Positions 1 to 10,582 of a stretch of 35,838 bases of DNA are shown piece by piece; position 1 is the first letter of the stretch; each line of letters opens with the position of its first letter. The notes under the pieces were generated by a model, which worked only from the letters and a program-made list of their open reading frames with translations, had not been told where the DNA came from and did no database searches. The translations under genes and the position numbers were made by a program. Origin of the DNA: Pseudomonadota bacterium (lineage in GTDB: Bacteria > Pseudomonadota > Gammaproteobacteria > Burkholderiales > Nitrosomonadaceae); assembly GCA_018240935.1 (NCBI GenBank), contig JAFEEV010000222.1, forward strand, positions 1 to 35,838, read 5' to 3'.

Positions 1-17
1 AATTAATCAGCGTTTCC
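1..17. mobile_element. Right terminal inverted repeat of a family-B MITE or IS5-type element (rest lies outside the window)
   Basis: AATTAATCAGCGTTTCC (reverse complement GGAAACGCTGATTAATT) matches the ends of the 31057..31199 element (16/17 to its left end) and is followed by TTAA at 18..21. Confidence 0.75.
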
Positions 18-21
18 TTAA

Positions 22-162
22 GGAAGCTCTGAAAAACTACTGCACTCGGTCATGCTGTGTTGAAATCAGACTCAAAATGCTCATTTACACCTAGTAAACT
101 GCGCTTTTTCATCTGACTTCGCCTTGCCTGACCGTCGCTCGCTTCCCTTTTTCAGAGCTTCC
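22..162. mobile_element. MITE family A, copy 1 (141 bp)
   Basis: Perfect TIR GGAAGCTCTGAAAAA / TTTTTCAGAGCTTCC; TTAA on both sides (18..21, 163..166); near-identical to the reverse complement of 1030..1169 and 19752..19891; no transposase. Confidence 0.92.
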
Positions 163-942
163 TTAAGCGATCAGTTCAACTTTACCGGTTTCCAAATGAT
201 ATATCCCGCCCACTACACGAATTTTCTTCTGATCGTGATAGTAATCCAGAACCGGCGTTTTGGTCCTGAGTCTTTCAACCGTCATGATGACGTTCATTTT
301 GGTTACATTAATCAACCGGCTGCTGGAGGTGTCATTGACGGCTCTGACAGCCGGCGCAATTGCGCTGGCCAGCAATTGGATATGACCGGGAAAATCCTTG
401 TGATGGTCGACCGCTTCCACCGCTGCTTTGACCGCGCCGCAGCTTTCATGTCCCAGCACCATGATCAAGGGCGTGTTCAGCACGGCAACCGAGTATTCAA
501 TCGTAGCGACATTATCGTTGGTTAAATAATTTCCGGCGCCGCGCGCCACGAACAAATCGCCCAGCGCTTCGTCGAAACAATGCTCCGGACTGACTCTGGA
601 ATCGGAACAGCCGAGTATGGTGGCATAGGGATTCTGCCCGCCGACCAAAGCCGACTGAATATCATGAAAATCGAGCGGTTTGGATTTACCGGAAACATAG
701 CGTTCGTTGCCTTGCATCAATCTTTCCAACGCTTGATCCGGTGTCAGCACATTTTCCGGTTTGGGCGGAGCTACCGTCCGGGGCGGTTCTGCGGCAATAC
801 TGCTCCCCATCGGGGCAATCCCGGCATACGCCATCCCCAGACTCAGCGCGGAGGCCGCTGATAATTTGACGAACGACCGCCTGCCGCGGCATATGCCGGA
901 GTCTTGAGTGCGATCACCGGATTGTTCACATCGATAACACAT
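163..942 (-). CDS. Beta-class carbonic anhydrase with a twin-arginine (Tat) signal peptide
   Basis: Zn-ligand motifs GCSDSRV and GHESCGAV, plus LGDLFVARGAGN; N-terminal GRRSFVK followed by a hydrophobic stretch. Confidence 0.92.
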   Translation of the reverse strand: MCYRCEQSGDRTQDSGICRGRRSFVKLSAASALSLGMAYAGIAPMGSSIAAEPPRTVAPPKPENVLTPDQALERLMQGNERYVSGKSKPLDFHDIQSALVGGQNPYATILGCSDSRVSPEHCFDEALGDLFVARGAGNYLTNDNVATIEYSVAVLNTPLIMVLGHESCGAVKAAVEAVDHHKDFPGHIQLLASAIAPAVRAVNDTSSSRLINVTKMNVIMTVERLRTKTPVLDYYHDQKKIRVVGGIYHLETGKVELIA

Positions 943-1029
943 ACTGAAAATTCTATCCCTGCCGAATTGATCAAAGCGCCGATTCTACACCCTCGGCACT
1001 CAGGCGCTCACAAAATCCGTTATCACTAA

Positions 1030-1169
1030 GGAAGCCGTGAAAAAGGTAGCAAGCGACGGTCAGGCAAGGCGAAATCAGATGAAAAAGCGCAGTTTACAAA
1101 ATGTAAATGAGCATTTTGAGTCTGATTTCAACACAGCATGATCGAGCGCAGTAGTTTTTCAGAGCTTCC
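1030..1169. mobile_element. MITE family A, copy 2 (140 bp, opposite orientation to copy 1)
   Basis: GGAAGCCGTGAAAAA ... TTTTTCAGAGCTTCC with CTAA on both sides (1026..1029, 1170..1173). Confidence 0.92.
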
Positions 1170-1312
1170 CTAATGTTCAAAACTTGATTTTCAAGTATAC
1201 TGCCCGGCTGCAAGAATTATCCGGAGAAGAAAAACTGATCTGGAAGCAATGCGTTAACACGAAATAAGAATTCCATTTTAATTGATGAGTCGGCATTTGC
1301 CAGGGAGAATTT

Positions 1313-1750
1313 ATGCGTAAATTATTACCAACCGCTTTATTGTTTTTGATACTTGCTTTACCTTTCAACGGTTTTGCTCATGAAGGCGAAGACCATAGCC
1401 ACGATGAATCCGCAGCCGAATCTCAATTAGATAGCGGAAACGGATGGCGTCTCGTCCGGAAAGTCGAGCTGGGCACCTCTGGAAAATTCGTTAATTTAGT
1501 ACTCATTGATCATGCGGTATACACCGACAAAACGGTCTACAGCGCTGTCATCAACCGGTTATGCGGCCCGTCTGATCAATTTTGCAGAATCCGGTTCTGG
1601 AGCGAAGAACGCTTTGTGCCCGAAACCGCGGCTTTAACCGTGGAACAAAACAAGCAGCTCCGAGCCGATTATCTGGTCAACAAATCAGCCGGTATGCACC
1701 ATCTGCGCTGGTCCTGCACTGTGGATCCGGACAAGACACATTGTTTCTAA
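1313..1750 (+). CDS. Exported hypothetical protein with His/acid-rich N-terminus and 4 Cys
   Basis: GGGAG RBS upstream; Sec signal ending GFA, then HEGEDHSHDE. Confidence 0.8.
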   Translation: MRKLLPTALLFLILALPFNGFAHEGEDHSHDESAAESQLDSGNGWRLVRKVELGTSGKFVNLVLIDHAVYTDKTVYSAVINRLCGPSDQFCRIRFWSEERFVPETAALTVEQNKQLRADYLVNKSAGMHHLRWSCTVDPDKTHCF

Positions 1751-1884
1751 ACATGCTCTGAAAAACTGCTGCGCTCATACTGCGTTGAAATCAGGCTCAA
1801 AAATACTCATTTACCCAGCGTAAAATCCGTTTTTCCGCCTGATTCAAATTATCCGGACGTCGCCCCTGCCATTTTTAGACTCCC
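1751..1884. mobile_element. MITE family A, degenerate copy 3
   Basis: ACATGCTCTGAAAAACTGCTGCGCTC...GTTGAAATCAGGCTCAAAAATACTCATTTAC...GTAAAATCCGTTTTT aligns with copy 1; left flank CTAA (1747..1750) contains the upstream stop codon; right flank is CTCA. Confidence 0.8.
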
Positions 1885-1888
1885 CTCA

Positions 1889-1926
1889 GGAAAAACTGAA
1901 CAATGAACAAATTATTCAGTGTTTCC
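1889..1926. repeat. 38-bp inverted repeat made of two IS5-like TIRs (collapsed mini-element; may act as a terminator hairpin)
   Basis: GGAAAAACTGAACAAT-6nt-ATTATTCAGTGTTTCC (14/16 complementary), flanked by CTCA and CTAT, directly after MITE copy 3 and between convergent genes. Confidence 0.55.
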
Positions 1927-2009
1927 CTATCGTTTGCAGCTTATTTTTGCAAGCATTCGCAACAATCCTGGATAAGAGTGCCGTGATAGAAGAACTACCG
2001 GCGGTAACT

Positions 2010-3470
2010 TCAAATATGCAATGCACGCTTATCCACGCCAAGCGCAGCTTCATGAAATACTTCCGATAACGACGGATGAGCATGCACAATGCAGGCGATA
2101 TCCTGGCTGCTGGCGGAAAACTTCATCGCCATCACGGCTTCTGAAATGAGTTCCGATACATGCGGACCGATCATGTGAACACCCAATACGCGATCGGTTT
2201 TCTCGTCCGCCAATACTTTGATGAATCCGCTCGTTTCGCCCATAGCGCGCGCGCGTCCGTTGGCAATGAACGGAAATTGACCGGCTTTATAAGCGATACC
2301 GGCGGCTCTTAACTCCTGCTCGTTCTTTCCCACCCAGGCAATTTCTGGCGCGGTATAAATAACCCACGGCACGGTATTGAAATCGACGGCTTCCAGTTCG
2401 CCGGCTTCGCCTTTCTCCACATGCAGGATCGTTTCCGCAACCGCCACGCCCTCTTCGGAAGCCTTGTGCGCCAGCATCGGGCCGCGCACCACGTCGCCGA
2501 CAGCGTAAACATTCGTCAGATTGGTGCGGCAATATTGATCGACCATGACAAATCCGCGTTCGTCCACCTGCAAACCGTTTTCTTGAAGACCCAACCCTGC
2601 GGTATTCGGAATGCGGCCGATTGCGACAATCAGTTTGTCGACTTCCAGAACCTGCTCCTGGTTATCCGAATCGCTATAACCGATCGTGACGGTATCACCG
2701 GTCACCTTGACCGACTTGATGTTGACACCGGTGTTGATTTGCAGGCCCGGCTCCTTGGCAAATATGCTTTTCGCTTCCTTGGCAATTTGCTCGTCCGCCG
2801 CCATCAGGAAACCCGGCATCGCTTCAAGAATCGTCACTTCCGCGCCCAGCCTGCGCCACACGCTGCCCATTTCCAATCCGATCACCCCTGCGCCGATGAC
2901 GCCCAGCCGCTTGGGCACTTCCGTTAATGCCAGAGCACCGGCATTGTCCAGAATCATGACATTGTCAATCGACGCAAAAGGCAATGGCCGCGGCACGGAA
3001 CCGGTTGCCACGATGACATGCTTGGCCTGGATCGTTTCAGCGTTACCGCTATCGTCCACTTTTATTTGCCATGCATTGGCGGATGCTTCGCGTTGCAGCA
3101 GCGTCCCGCGGCCGTGCATCGATTTCACTTTGTTCTTCTTGAACAACGAAGCGATACCGGCGGTGAACATCGTCACAATTTTGTCCTTGCGCGCGATCAT
3201 GACCGGAACATCGACCGTGACATTCTGCGCCGTGATGCCGTGCGCGGACACTTTATGCTGAATCTGGAAATAATTTTCCGAGGATTCCAACAATGCCTTG
3301 GATGGAATGCAACCGACGTTCAGGCAGGTGCCGCCAAGACTGGCCCTGCCCTTGGTATTTTTCCATTCATCGATACACACGTTATTCAAACCCAGTTGCG
3401 CGCAACGAATCGCCGCAACATAACCGCCCGGACCGGCGCCGATAACTGCTACATCAAATATTTCCGACAT
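2010..3470 (-). CDS. lpdA: Dihydrolipoamide dehydrogenase (E3)
   Basis: GAGPGGY FAD motif, [13 protein letters not shown] redox disulfide, [11 protein letters not shown] motif, C-terminal HAHPSLSE. Confidence 0.97.
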   Translation of the reverse strand: MSEIFDVAVIGAGPGGYVAAIRCAQLGLNNVCIDEWKNTKGRASLGGTCLNVGCIPSKALLESSENYFQIQHKVSAHGITAQNVTVDVPVMIARKDKIVTMFTAGIASLFKKNKVKSMHGRGTLLQREASANAWQIKVDDSGNAETIQAKHVIVATGSVPRPLPFASIDNVMILDNAGALALTEVPKRLGVIGAGVIGLEMGSVWRRLGAEVTILEAMPGFLMAADEQIAKEAKSIFAKEPGLQINTGVNIKSVKVTGDTVTIGYSDSDNQEQVLEVDKLIVAIGRIPNTAGLGLQENGLQVDERGFVMVDQYCRTNLTNVYAVGDVVRGPMLAHKASEEGVAVAETILHVEKGEAGELEAVDFNTVPWVIYTAPEIAWVGKNEQELRAAGIAYKAGQFPFIANGRARAMGETSGFIKVLADEKTDRVLGVHMIGPHVSELISEAVMAMKFSASSQDIACIVHAHPSLSEVFHEAALGVDKRALHI

Positions 3471-3559
3471 GATTCAACCTTATCAATAGACCTAAATTAA
3501 GGGGTAATTTTAAAGGAAAATACAGCTGCTGATGACTTGTTTTGCTGGACGAATTGAAT

Positions 3560-4612
3560 CTACTGCAACGGCAGCTCGCCGCTGGCGCAGCCGATGCCGC
3601 CGATTTCTCGCACCGCCTGAACATAATCGCCGTTTTCGCGTAATTTTATCCATGAACCCGCGTGATTGCGGGCGTGCATGCGCGCCAGACGGGAAAGGCT
3701 GGTGGCGGACATTTCCCATTGCAAACCGTTTAAAATTTCATCGGCGCCGGCGGGATTATTGCACACCAAGATCATGTCGCAACCCGCTTGCAGCGCTGCT
3801 TGCGCGCGCGCCAGCATCGATTCCAGGAATTCTCCGGCGCCGCGCATGCTTAAATCGTCACTAAAAATACAGCCTTCGAATTGCAATTCCGTGCGTAAAA
3901 TTTTCTGTAACCATAAGTTTGAAAAACCCGCCGGTCGTGCATCCATCTCGGGGTAAATCACATGCGCCGGCATGACGCCGGTCAATCCGCAATCGATCAT
4001 TTGCCGGAAAGGAATCAGGTCACACATCTCGATATCGGCGTAGCGGCGCGGGTCAATGGATTTTTGCAGGTGCGAATCGGCGCGGATATAACCGTGCCCG
4101 GGAAAATGCTTGCCGATTGCCGGCATGCCGCCCTTTTTCAATCCGAGCATCAGCTGATGCGCCAAATCGGCAACCGCCTGCGGGTCGGAATGAAAAGCAC
4201 GGTCGCCGATCACACCGCTGGACCCATGATCGATATCCAGCACCGGAGTGAAACTGAAATCGACACCGCAGGCATTTAATTCCGCCGCCAACACATAACC
4301 GGCTTGCAGCGCAAGATGGCGCGCACGCGCGGGTTGCTTATCCCAGATTTTTCCCAGTTCGCGCATTGCGGGCAAACGCGTGAAGCCTTCCCGGAAGCGC
4401 TGCACACGGCCGCCTTCATGATCGACCGCGATCAGCAAACGCGGGTTGCGCAACGCATGAATCTGCTGCGTCAACTCAATCAACTGGCGCTGATCGGTAT
4501 AGTTGCGGGAAAAAAGAATCACCCCGCCGGTAAGCGGATGCAGCAACCTGCGCTTGTCGTCTCCGGTCAACTGCGTACCGGCGATATCGAGCATCACAGG
4601 ACCCAGCGGCAT
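3560..4612 (-). CDS. nagZ: Beta-N-acetylhexosaminidase (GH3)
   Basis: [25 protein letters not shown] and SDDLSM motifs; ATG at 4612 just downstream of acpS. Confidence 0.96.
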   Translation of the reverse strand: MPLGPVMLDIAGTQLTGDDKRRLLHPLTGGVILFSRNYTDQRQLIELTQQIHALRNPRLLIAVDHEGGRVQRFREGFTRLPAMRELGKIWDKQPARARHLALQAGYVLAAELNACGVDFSFTPVLDIDHGSSGVIGDRAFHSDPQAVADLAHQLMLGLKKGGMPAIGKHFPGHGYIRADSHLQKSIDPRRYADIEMCDLIPFRQMIDCGLTGVMPAHVIYPEMDARPAGFSNLWLQKILRTELQFEGCIFSDDLSMRGAGEFLESMLARAQAALQAGCDMILVCNNPAGADEILNGLQWEMSATSLSRLARMHARNHAGSWIKLRENGDYVQAVREIGGIGCASGELPLQ

Positions 4613-4614
4613 AG

Positions 4615-4992
4615 TTATTTTTCCAGCACGACAAAGGCGCACACCATCGTGATCTCATCGCTGATGGAAAGATGATGCTGCGTAATGCCTCGATCGTTGA
4701 TGAGCCGATCGAGTTCGGGATGAAATTGAAAAAACGGCTTGCCCAGATCGTCATGCGTGATCGTGATATAGGTGAAATTCACCGGATGGCGCAATCCCAT
4801 GCCCATCGCCTTGGACAATGCTTCTTTGGCGGCGAAGCGGCCGGCCAGATACAGAACCGGCTTGCTGCTCGAGTGATATTCCTGCCATTCGCTGTCGGTC
4901 AAAATGCGCCGCGCAAAGCGCTCGCCATAGCGATCCAGCGATTGAGCGATACGGGCCGATTCGACGATATCGGTGCCGATACCGTAGATCAT
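4615..4992 (-). CDS. acpS: Holo-ACP synthase
   Basis: [20 protein letters not shown] and HLSISDE motifs. Confidence 0.96.
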   Translation of the reverse strand: MIYGIGTDIVESARIAQSLDRYGERFARRILTDSEWQEYHSSSKPVLYLAGRFAAKEALSKAMGMGLRHPVNFTYITITHDDLGKPFFQFHPELDRLINDRGITQHHLSISDEITMVCAFVVLEK

Positions 4993-5717
4993 GCACGCGC
5001 TGCCAGCATCAGCTGTTTCATTTCCTGCACAGCCTGCTTGAAACCGGTAAAAATCGCCCGCGCCACAATCGCGTGACCGATATTCAACTCGGAAATGCCG
5101 GGAATGGCGGCTATCGCCTGCACATTACCATAATGCAAACCGTGACCGGCATTGACTTTCAGGCCAAGGCTAATACCCAGATCGACCGCCTTTTGGATAG
5201 CGGCAAATTGCTCCGCTTCCACTTGCGCCGTATGCGCGTCGGCATACCCGCCGGTATGAATTTCGATCACCGGCGCTCCGGCGCGCGCAGCCGCGCCGAT
5301 TTGCAGCGGATCGGCATTGATGAATAACGACACGCGGATTCCCGCTTGCGCCAGTTCCCGGCATGCGCGCTGAACTTGATCAAAATGCTTCACAACATCA
5401 AGCCCGCCTTCGGTCGTCAATTCTTCGCGCCTTTCCGGCACCAGACAAATATCGTGCGGTTTTATGCGTAGCGCGATGGCGATCATTTCGTCGGTCACCG
5501 CGCTTTCCAGATTCATCCGGGTTGTCAGCCGATCACGCAGAATCTCAACGTCGCGATCTTGAATATGCCGGCGATCCTCGCGCAGATGCAAGGTAATCGC
5601 ATCCGCCCCGGCGGATTCGGCAATCAGCGCCGCTTCGACCGGATCGGGATACGTTGTGCCGCGCGCCTGCCGTAACGTCGCCACATGATCTATGTTCACG
5701 CCTAGTTCAATCATCAT
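4989..5717 (-). CDS. pdxJ: Pyridoxine 5'-phosphate synthase
   Basis: [43 protein letters not shown]; start at 5717 or 5714. Confidence 0.97.
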   Translation of the reverse strand: MMIELGVNIDHVATLRQARGTTYPDPVEAALIAESAGADAITLHLREDRRHIQDRDVEILRDRLTTRMNLESAVTDEMIAIALRIKPHDICLVPERREELTTEGGLDVVKHFDQVQRACRELAQAGIRVSLFINADPLQIGAAARAGAPVIEIHTGGYADAHTAQVEAEQFAAIQKAVDLGISLGLKVNAGHGLHYGNVQAIAAIPGISELNIGHAIVARAIFTGFKQAVQEMKQLMLAARA

Positions 5718-5734
5718 TGCAATTTTCCAGCACA

Positions 5735-6628
5735 TTATTCATAACCAAGATTCCTCAGCACACTGCCGTCATCAGCCCAGCCGCTTTTCACTTTCACCCA
5801 CACTTCCAGATACACTTTGCCGCCCAATAGCAATTCCATGTCTTGGCGCGCCTGAGTGGCGATTTGCTTCAGCTTCTCACCTTTTTTGCCAATGATAATC
5901 GCTTTCTGGTTCGGTTTCTCCACCAGAATCGTGGCATAAACTTTATACAACTGATCTTCTTGTTTAAATTGATCGACCACGACACTGGTGGAATAAGGAA
6001 TCTCATCGCCAACCAAGCGGAAAAGTTTCTCCCGGATAAATTCCCCGGCGATAAACCGCTCGCTGCGATCGGTCACTTCGTCTGGATCGTACAAAGGCGG
6101 ATTCAGCGGCAAATAACCCCGGATCACATTGAGCAAGTCCGGCAACTGAACCTTATGCATGGCGCTCACCGGTATGATGTCGGCAAACGCAAACGCTTGC
6201 GCCACCTCCCCCAGAAACGGCAACAGCAGCTTTTTGTCGGCCAGCTTATCGATTTTATTCACGACCAAGATAACCGGAACATTTGCCGGCAGGATTTTCA
6301 ATGCGGCAATATCCCGCTGGTCAAAACGCATCGCTTCGATGACAAACAGGATAACGTTCACATCCTGCATGCTTTGTGTCACCACCCGGTTCATTGCCGC
6401 ATTCAGGCGGCTGGCATATTGCGTCTGGAAGCCGGGCGTATCGACAAAAACAAACTGCGTTTGCTCATCCGTCAGAATACCGTTGATCCGGAAACGGGTG
6501 GTCTGGGCTTTTCTCGATGTGATGCTGATTTTTTGTTGCAGCAGCTTATTGAGTAACGTCGACTTTCCCACATTGGGACGGCCGATAATGGCGACGTAAC
6601 CGGTACGGAAATCGGCGTCAGCGGTCAT
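5735..6628 (-). CDS. era: GTPase Era
   Basis: [20 protein letters not shown] and KH-domain IIIGKKG; first ATG at 6628. Confidence 0.97.
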   Translation of the reverse strand: MTADADFRTGYVAIIGRPNVGKSTLLNKLLQQKISITSRKAQTTRFRINGILTDEQTQFVFVDTPGFQTQYASRLNAAMNRVVTQSMQDVNVILFVIEAMRFDQRDIAALKILPANVPVILVVNKIDKLADKKLLLPFLGEVAQAFAFADIIPVSAMHKVQLPDLLNVIRGYLPLNPPLYDPDEVTDRSERFIAGEFIREKLFRLVGDEIPYSTSVVVDQFKQEDQLYKVYATILVEKPNQKAIIIGKKGEKLKQIATQARQDMELLLGGKVYLEVWVKVKSGWADDGSVLRNLGYE

Positions 6629-6667
6629 TCCGAACAATCTTCCAGAAAGTTTTCACGAACGCGGTGC

Positions 6668-7375
6668 TCATGGCGTAAACCTGACTTCTTCATAGGCCAA
6701 CTCTGCGGCGGCTTGCTCGGCGCCGCGGCGGCTTGTACCTTCCCCTGAGGTGCGGATATTCAACGCCGATACCACACAATCCACTCGGAACTTCTGTTTA
6801 TGCGCCTTCCCGCTGGTCGTGACGACAATATATTCGGGCAACGCCAGTTTCTGGCTTTGTAAAAATTCCTGCAATAACGTTTTGGGATCTTTGCCGTGTG
6901 TCTTAAGGTCGATATTCTGCATCAACGGTAAAAAAAGCTTACTGACTACATCTTCCGCCCGCGCATAACCGTCATCGACATAAATAGCCCCGAGCACGGC
7001 TTCAAAGGCATCGGCCAGAATAGACGGACGGTGGCAGCCACCGCTTTTTAATTCCCCTTCGCCCAATCTTATCAGTTGGTCCATCTGCAGACTCAGCGCC
7101 ATGCCGGATAAAGCTTTTTGATTGACAAAATGAGCGCGCAGCCGCGATAAGTCGCCTTCCGGCAGATCCGGGAAACATTTATAAATCAATCCGGCAATCG
7201 CACAATTCAGCACTGCATCACCGAGAAATTCAAGACGTTCATTGTGCGCGGCACTATGACTTCGATGCGTCAGCGCTTCCAATAATAGCTTGGGTTGCTT
7301 AAACGAATACCCGAGGCGTTGACAAAATTGGTCGAGCAACGATTGATTAATACCGAGTAGCATTCCGCTCAACAT
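6668..7375 (-). CDS. rnc: Ribonuclease III
   Basis: ALTHRS, NERLEFLGDAVL, ADAFEA and a dsRBD (DPKTLLQE...AEQAAA); start could be 7363. Confidence 0.97.
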   Translation of the reverse strand: MLSGMLLGINQSLLDQFCQRLGYSFKQPKLLLEALTHRSHSAAHNERLEFLGDAVLNCAIAGLIYKCFPDLPEGDLSRLRAHFVNQKALSGMALSLQMDQLIRLGEGELKSGGCHRPSILADAFEAVLGAIYVDDGYARAEDVVSKLFLPLMQNIDLKTHGKDPKTLLQEFLQSQKLALPEYIVVTTSGKAHKQKFRVDCVVSALNIRTSGEGTSRRGAEQAAAELAYEEVRFTP

Positions 7376-7387
7376 GACGTTAAGTCG

Positions 7388-7759
7388 TCACTCGCTGACT
7401 GCATCAAAATCTATCGTCAAGGATAGGTTGGAAACCAGCGGGATTCGTACCGTATAGCTTGCGCTTAATACGACACGGCCATTTTCCTTATTGATTTTAA
7501 TGTCTTGCGCATTAATGGATTTGATATTGTCGATCTGGGCGCGCTTGCTGAACAATGTTTTGATTTGATTCAAATCCGCACTCTGCGAATTAATATCTTT
7601 AACAATGGCGGACAGATTTTTTTGGATCGTTGAAAATTCAATATAGGCCGGTGCAATCTTCAAACCGGAAATGGCAACCAGAATCAAAATCACAGCCCAA
7701 ACGAGCAAGCCGGATAGACCGATACCCTTTTGTTTCCGCCGTTCCGTGTAATATTGCAT
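7388..7759 (-). CDS. DUF4845 family membrane protein
   Basis: Pilin-like QKG-hydrophobic N-terminus with KIAPAYIEF; typical position between lepB and rnc. Confidence 0.85.
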   Translation of the reverse strand: MQYYTERRKQKGIGLSGLLVWAVILILVAISGLKIAPAYIEFSTIQKNLSAIVKDINSQSADLNQIKTLFSKRAQIDNIKSINAQDIKINKENGRVVLSASYTVRIPLVSNLSLTIDFDAVSE

Positions 7760-7791
7760 GTGCTTTTCCGCGTTTAAGAAAAACTTACCGG

Positions 7792-8598
7792 TTATTTAAT
7801 GGATAAACCGATACGTTCAAAATTTCCAAAATTCCACCAAATCATGAAAGCTTTACCGACAATATTCTGTTCCGGCACAAAGCCCCAGTAACGGCTGTCG
7901 CTGCTGCTGTCGCGATTGTCGCCGAGTGCGAAATAATTTCCCGGAGGTACTTCGCAGGTAAACCCCGTGCGGAGATACTTGCAATGATCACGAAACGGAA
8001 AATCCCTGACATTCGAATATTGCAATCCTTTAACATCCTGATTGATCAGAATCGAATGACTTTCTTCCTTATTTAAATACTCGGAATAACGATCGGAATA
8101 GATATAGCCGAGGCCCGATTCCACATATTTGTAATCGCCGTCGTATTCCATCTTGACCACTTCACCATTAATAATCAGCTGCTTATTGTGATAGGTAACT
8201 ACGTCGCCGGGCACACCGATGACACGCTTGATGTAATCGATCGAGGGATCCTCCGGGTAACGGAATACCAGCACATCACCGCGCTTCGGTTCATTCATGC
8301 CGATTATTTTCTTGTTGATCACCGGCAATCTGATTCCGTAGGTGTACTTGTTAACCAGAATGAAGTCGCCGACCAGCAACGTCGGAATCATCGATCCCGA
8401 AGGAATTTTGAACGGCTCAATCACGAAGGAACGCAAACTGAAAACGATCAGAATGATCGGGAAAAAGCTTTTGGGATATTCGATCCACCATGGTTCACTC
8501 TCATCGGCGGCGCGTTTCTTTTTCCAGAACAGAGAATCCAGCAAATAAATACAACCGGTGATCACCAGCAAGACGAACAAAATCAAAGGAAAATTCAT
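7792..8598 (-). CDS. lepB: Signal peptidase I
   Basis: IPSGSMIPTL (catalytic Ser), DYIKR (catalytic Lys), GDNRDSSSDSRYWG; GAAGGA RBS before ATG 8598. Confidence 0.96.
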   Translation of the reverse strand: MNFPLILFVLLVITGCIYLLDSLFWKKKRAADESEPWWIEYPKSFFPIILIVFSLRSFVIEPFKIPSGSMIPTLLVGDFILVNKYTYGIRLPVINKKIIGMNEPKRGDVLVFRYPEDPSIDYIKRVIGVPGDVVTYHNKQLIINGEVVKMEYDGDYKYVESGLGYIYSDRYSEYLNKEESHSILINQDVKGLQYSNVRDFPFRDHCKYLRTGFTCEVPPGNYFALGDNRDSSSDSRYWGFVPEQNIVGKAFMIWWNFGNFERIGLSIK

Positions 8599-8689
8599 TT
8601 TGATTCCTTCGATAAGGTATTGCATATTGTATTCACGTGATCCGGCTTGAATTCAACATCAGACTGCGCGACTGTATTTTTACGATTCA

Positions 8690-10483
8690 TTATTTATTAT
8701 CAACCTGCAAAATTGCCAGAAATGCTTCTTGCGGAATTTCCACATTACCCACCCGTTTCATTCTCTTTTTACCTGCTTTTTGCTTCTCCAGCAACTTCCG
8801 TTTACGGGTTATATCGCCGCCGTAACATTTTGCCAGCACATTCTTGCGCAATGCTTTAACCGTTTCGCGCGCGATAATATGGGCGCCGACCGCCGCCTGC
8901 ACCGCGATATCGAACATCTGGCGCGGAATCAGTTCACGCATTTTGTGCACCAACTCCCGTCCGCGATACTGACTGTTGCTGCGGTGGATGATCAGCGATA
9001 ACGCATCGACCTTGTCGCCATTGATCAGCACATCCAGCTTGACCAAATCGGAAGCGCGGAATTCCTTGAATTCATAATCCAGCGATGCATAACCGCGGCT
9101 GGTGGATTTCAACCGGTCAAAAAAATCCATGACGACTTCGTTCAACGGCATCTCATAGGTCAGCATCACTTGCTTACCCATATACTGCATATTCGTCTGA
9201 TTGCCGCGTTTACTCACGCACAGCGTAATCACCGCCCCCACGTACTCTTCCGGCACAATGATCGTCGACGTGATAATCGGTTCACGAATTTCGGCAATCT
9301 TGGAAAGATCCGGAATCTTGGACGGATTTTCAATCTCGATCACACTGCCGTCGCGCATCAGTACTTGATAAACCACAGTCGGCGCGGTCGTGATCAAGTC
9401 CATATCGTATTCTCTTTCCAGGCGCTCCTGCACAATGTCCATGTGCAACAAACCGAGAAAACCGCAGCGGAAACCGAACCCCAGCGCTTGCGATACTTCC
9501 GGTTCGAAATGCAGCGACGAATCGTTCAACTTCAATTTTTCCAGCGCCGAGCGCAAGGCGTCGTATTGATTCGATTCCACCGGATACAACCCGGCGAATA
9601 CCTGCGGTTTGATTTCTTTAAACCCTTGCAGCGGCTTGCCGGCCGGATTCGTGGCGGACGTCACCGTGTCCCCCACTTTGGCCGCATCGAGTTCTTTAAT
9701 GCCGGAGATGATAAAACCTACTTCTCCGGCGCTGAGAGAGTCGCGATTGACCGATTTCGGCACGAACACCCCGACCTGCTCGCACAGTTGCACCGCCTTG
9801 CTGGCCATCAGCAAAATTTTATCGCCGGGTTTTAGCGTACCGTCCATCACCCTGACCAATATCACGACACCGACGTAATTATCGAACCAGGAATCGATGA
9901 TCAGCGCCTTCAGTGGCGCATTGGGATCGCCTTTCGGTCCGGGAATTTTGGCGATCAAGGCTTCCAAGACGTCCTCGATGCCCTGGCCGGTTTTCGCGCT
10001 AATTTTGACGGCATCATGTGCATCGATTCCGATGACATCCTCGATATTCTGGATGACTCGTTCCGGGTCGGCAGCCGGCAAATCGATTTTGTTCAGCACC
10101 GGAATCACTTCGACGCCTTGCTCGATCGCGGTATAGCAGTTAGCGACCGTTTGCGCTTCCACCCCCTGCGACGCATCAACCACCAGCAGCGCGCCTTCGC
10201 AGGCGGCTAACGAGCGCGAAACTTCGTAGGAAAAATCCACATGCCCCGGTGTATCGATCAAATTCAGCAGATAAGTCTCGCCATTTCTGGCCTTATAGCG
10301 CAATGCCGCAGTCTGGGCCTTGATGGTAATGCCTCTTTCGCGTTCCAGATCCATCGAGTCGAGCACTTGCTCTTCCATTTCGCGATCGGACAGACCGCCG
10401 CACAAATGGATAATCCGGTCCGCCAGTGTCGATTTGCCGTGATCGATATGGGCAATAATGGAAAAATTACGAATATGCTGCAT
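8690..10483 (-). CDS. lepA: Elongation factor 4
   Basis: [49 protein letters not shown]. Confidence 0.98.
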   Translation of the reverse strand: MQHIRNFSIIAHIDHGKSTLADRIIHLCGGLSDREMEEQVLDSMDLERERGITIKAQTAALRYKARNGETYLLNLIDTPGHVDFSYEVSRSLAACEGALLVVDASQGVEAQTVANCYTAIEQGVEVIPVLNKIDLPAADPERVIQNIEDVIGIDAHDAVKISAKTGQGIEDVLEALIAKIPGPKGDPNAPLKALIIDSWFDNYVGVVILVRVMDGTLKPGDKILLMASKAVQLCEQVGVFVPKSVNRDSLSAGEVGFIISGIKELDAAKVGDTVTSATNPAGKPLQGFKEIKPQVFAGLYPVESNQYDALRSALEKLKLNDSSLHFEPEVSQALGFGFRCGFLGLLHMDIVQERLEREYDMDLITTAPTVVYQVLMRDGSVIEIENPSKIPDLSKIAEIREPIITSTIIVPEEYVGAVITLCVSKRGNQTNMQYMGKQVMLTYEMPLNEVVMDFFDRLKSTSRGYASLDYEFKEFRASDLVKLDVLINGDKVDALSLIIHRSNSQYRGRELVHKMRELIPRQMFDIAVQAAVGAHIIARETVKALRKNVLAKCYGGDITRKRKLLEKQKAGKKRMKRVGNVEIPQEAFLAILQVDNK

Positions 10484-10582
10484 CAGAATAGGGAGTATAA
10501 AAGTAGTTTCCAGTCATACAATAATAGACATCAGCAGACTGAAAATTAAAATATTGTATCGGCAGTTAAAAGAGGCAGCATT

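Noticed and set aside
124-525. ORFs 124..525 (+) and 19538..19789 (-) both starting MPDRRSLPF
   Set aside because: The shared start is just the MITE sequence; the remainder is antisense to a real gene or non-coding.
22-1169. Composite transposon: two inverted family-A MITEs flanking the carbonic anhydrase gene
   Set aside because: Each copy has its own matching 4-bp duplication (TTAA/TTAA vs CTAA/CTAA) and the outer flanks differ, which indicates independent insertions. Future co-mobilisation remains possible.
1-1930. CRISPR array or integron attC cassettes suggested by palindromic repeats between small genes
   Set aside because: Repeats are ~140 bp, in mixed orientation, with TIRs and target duplications. 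There are no regular spacers, cas genes, intI or RYYYAAC/GTTRRRY core sites.
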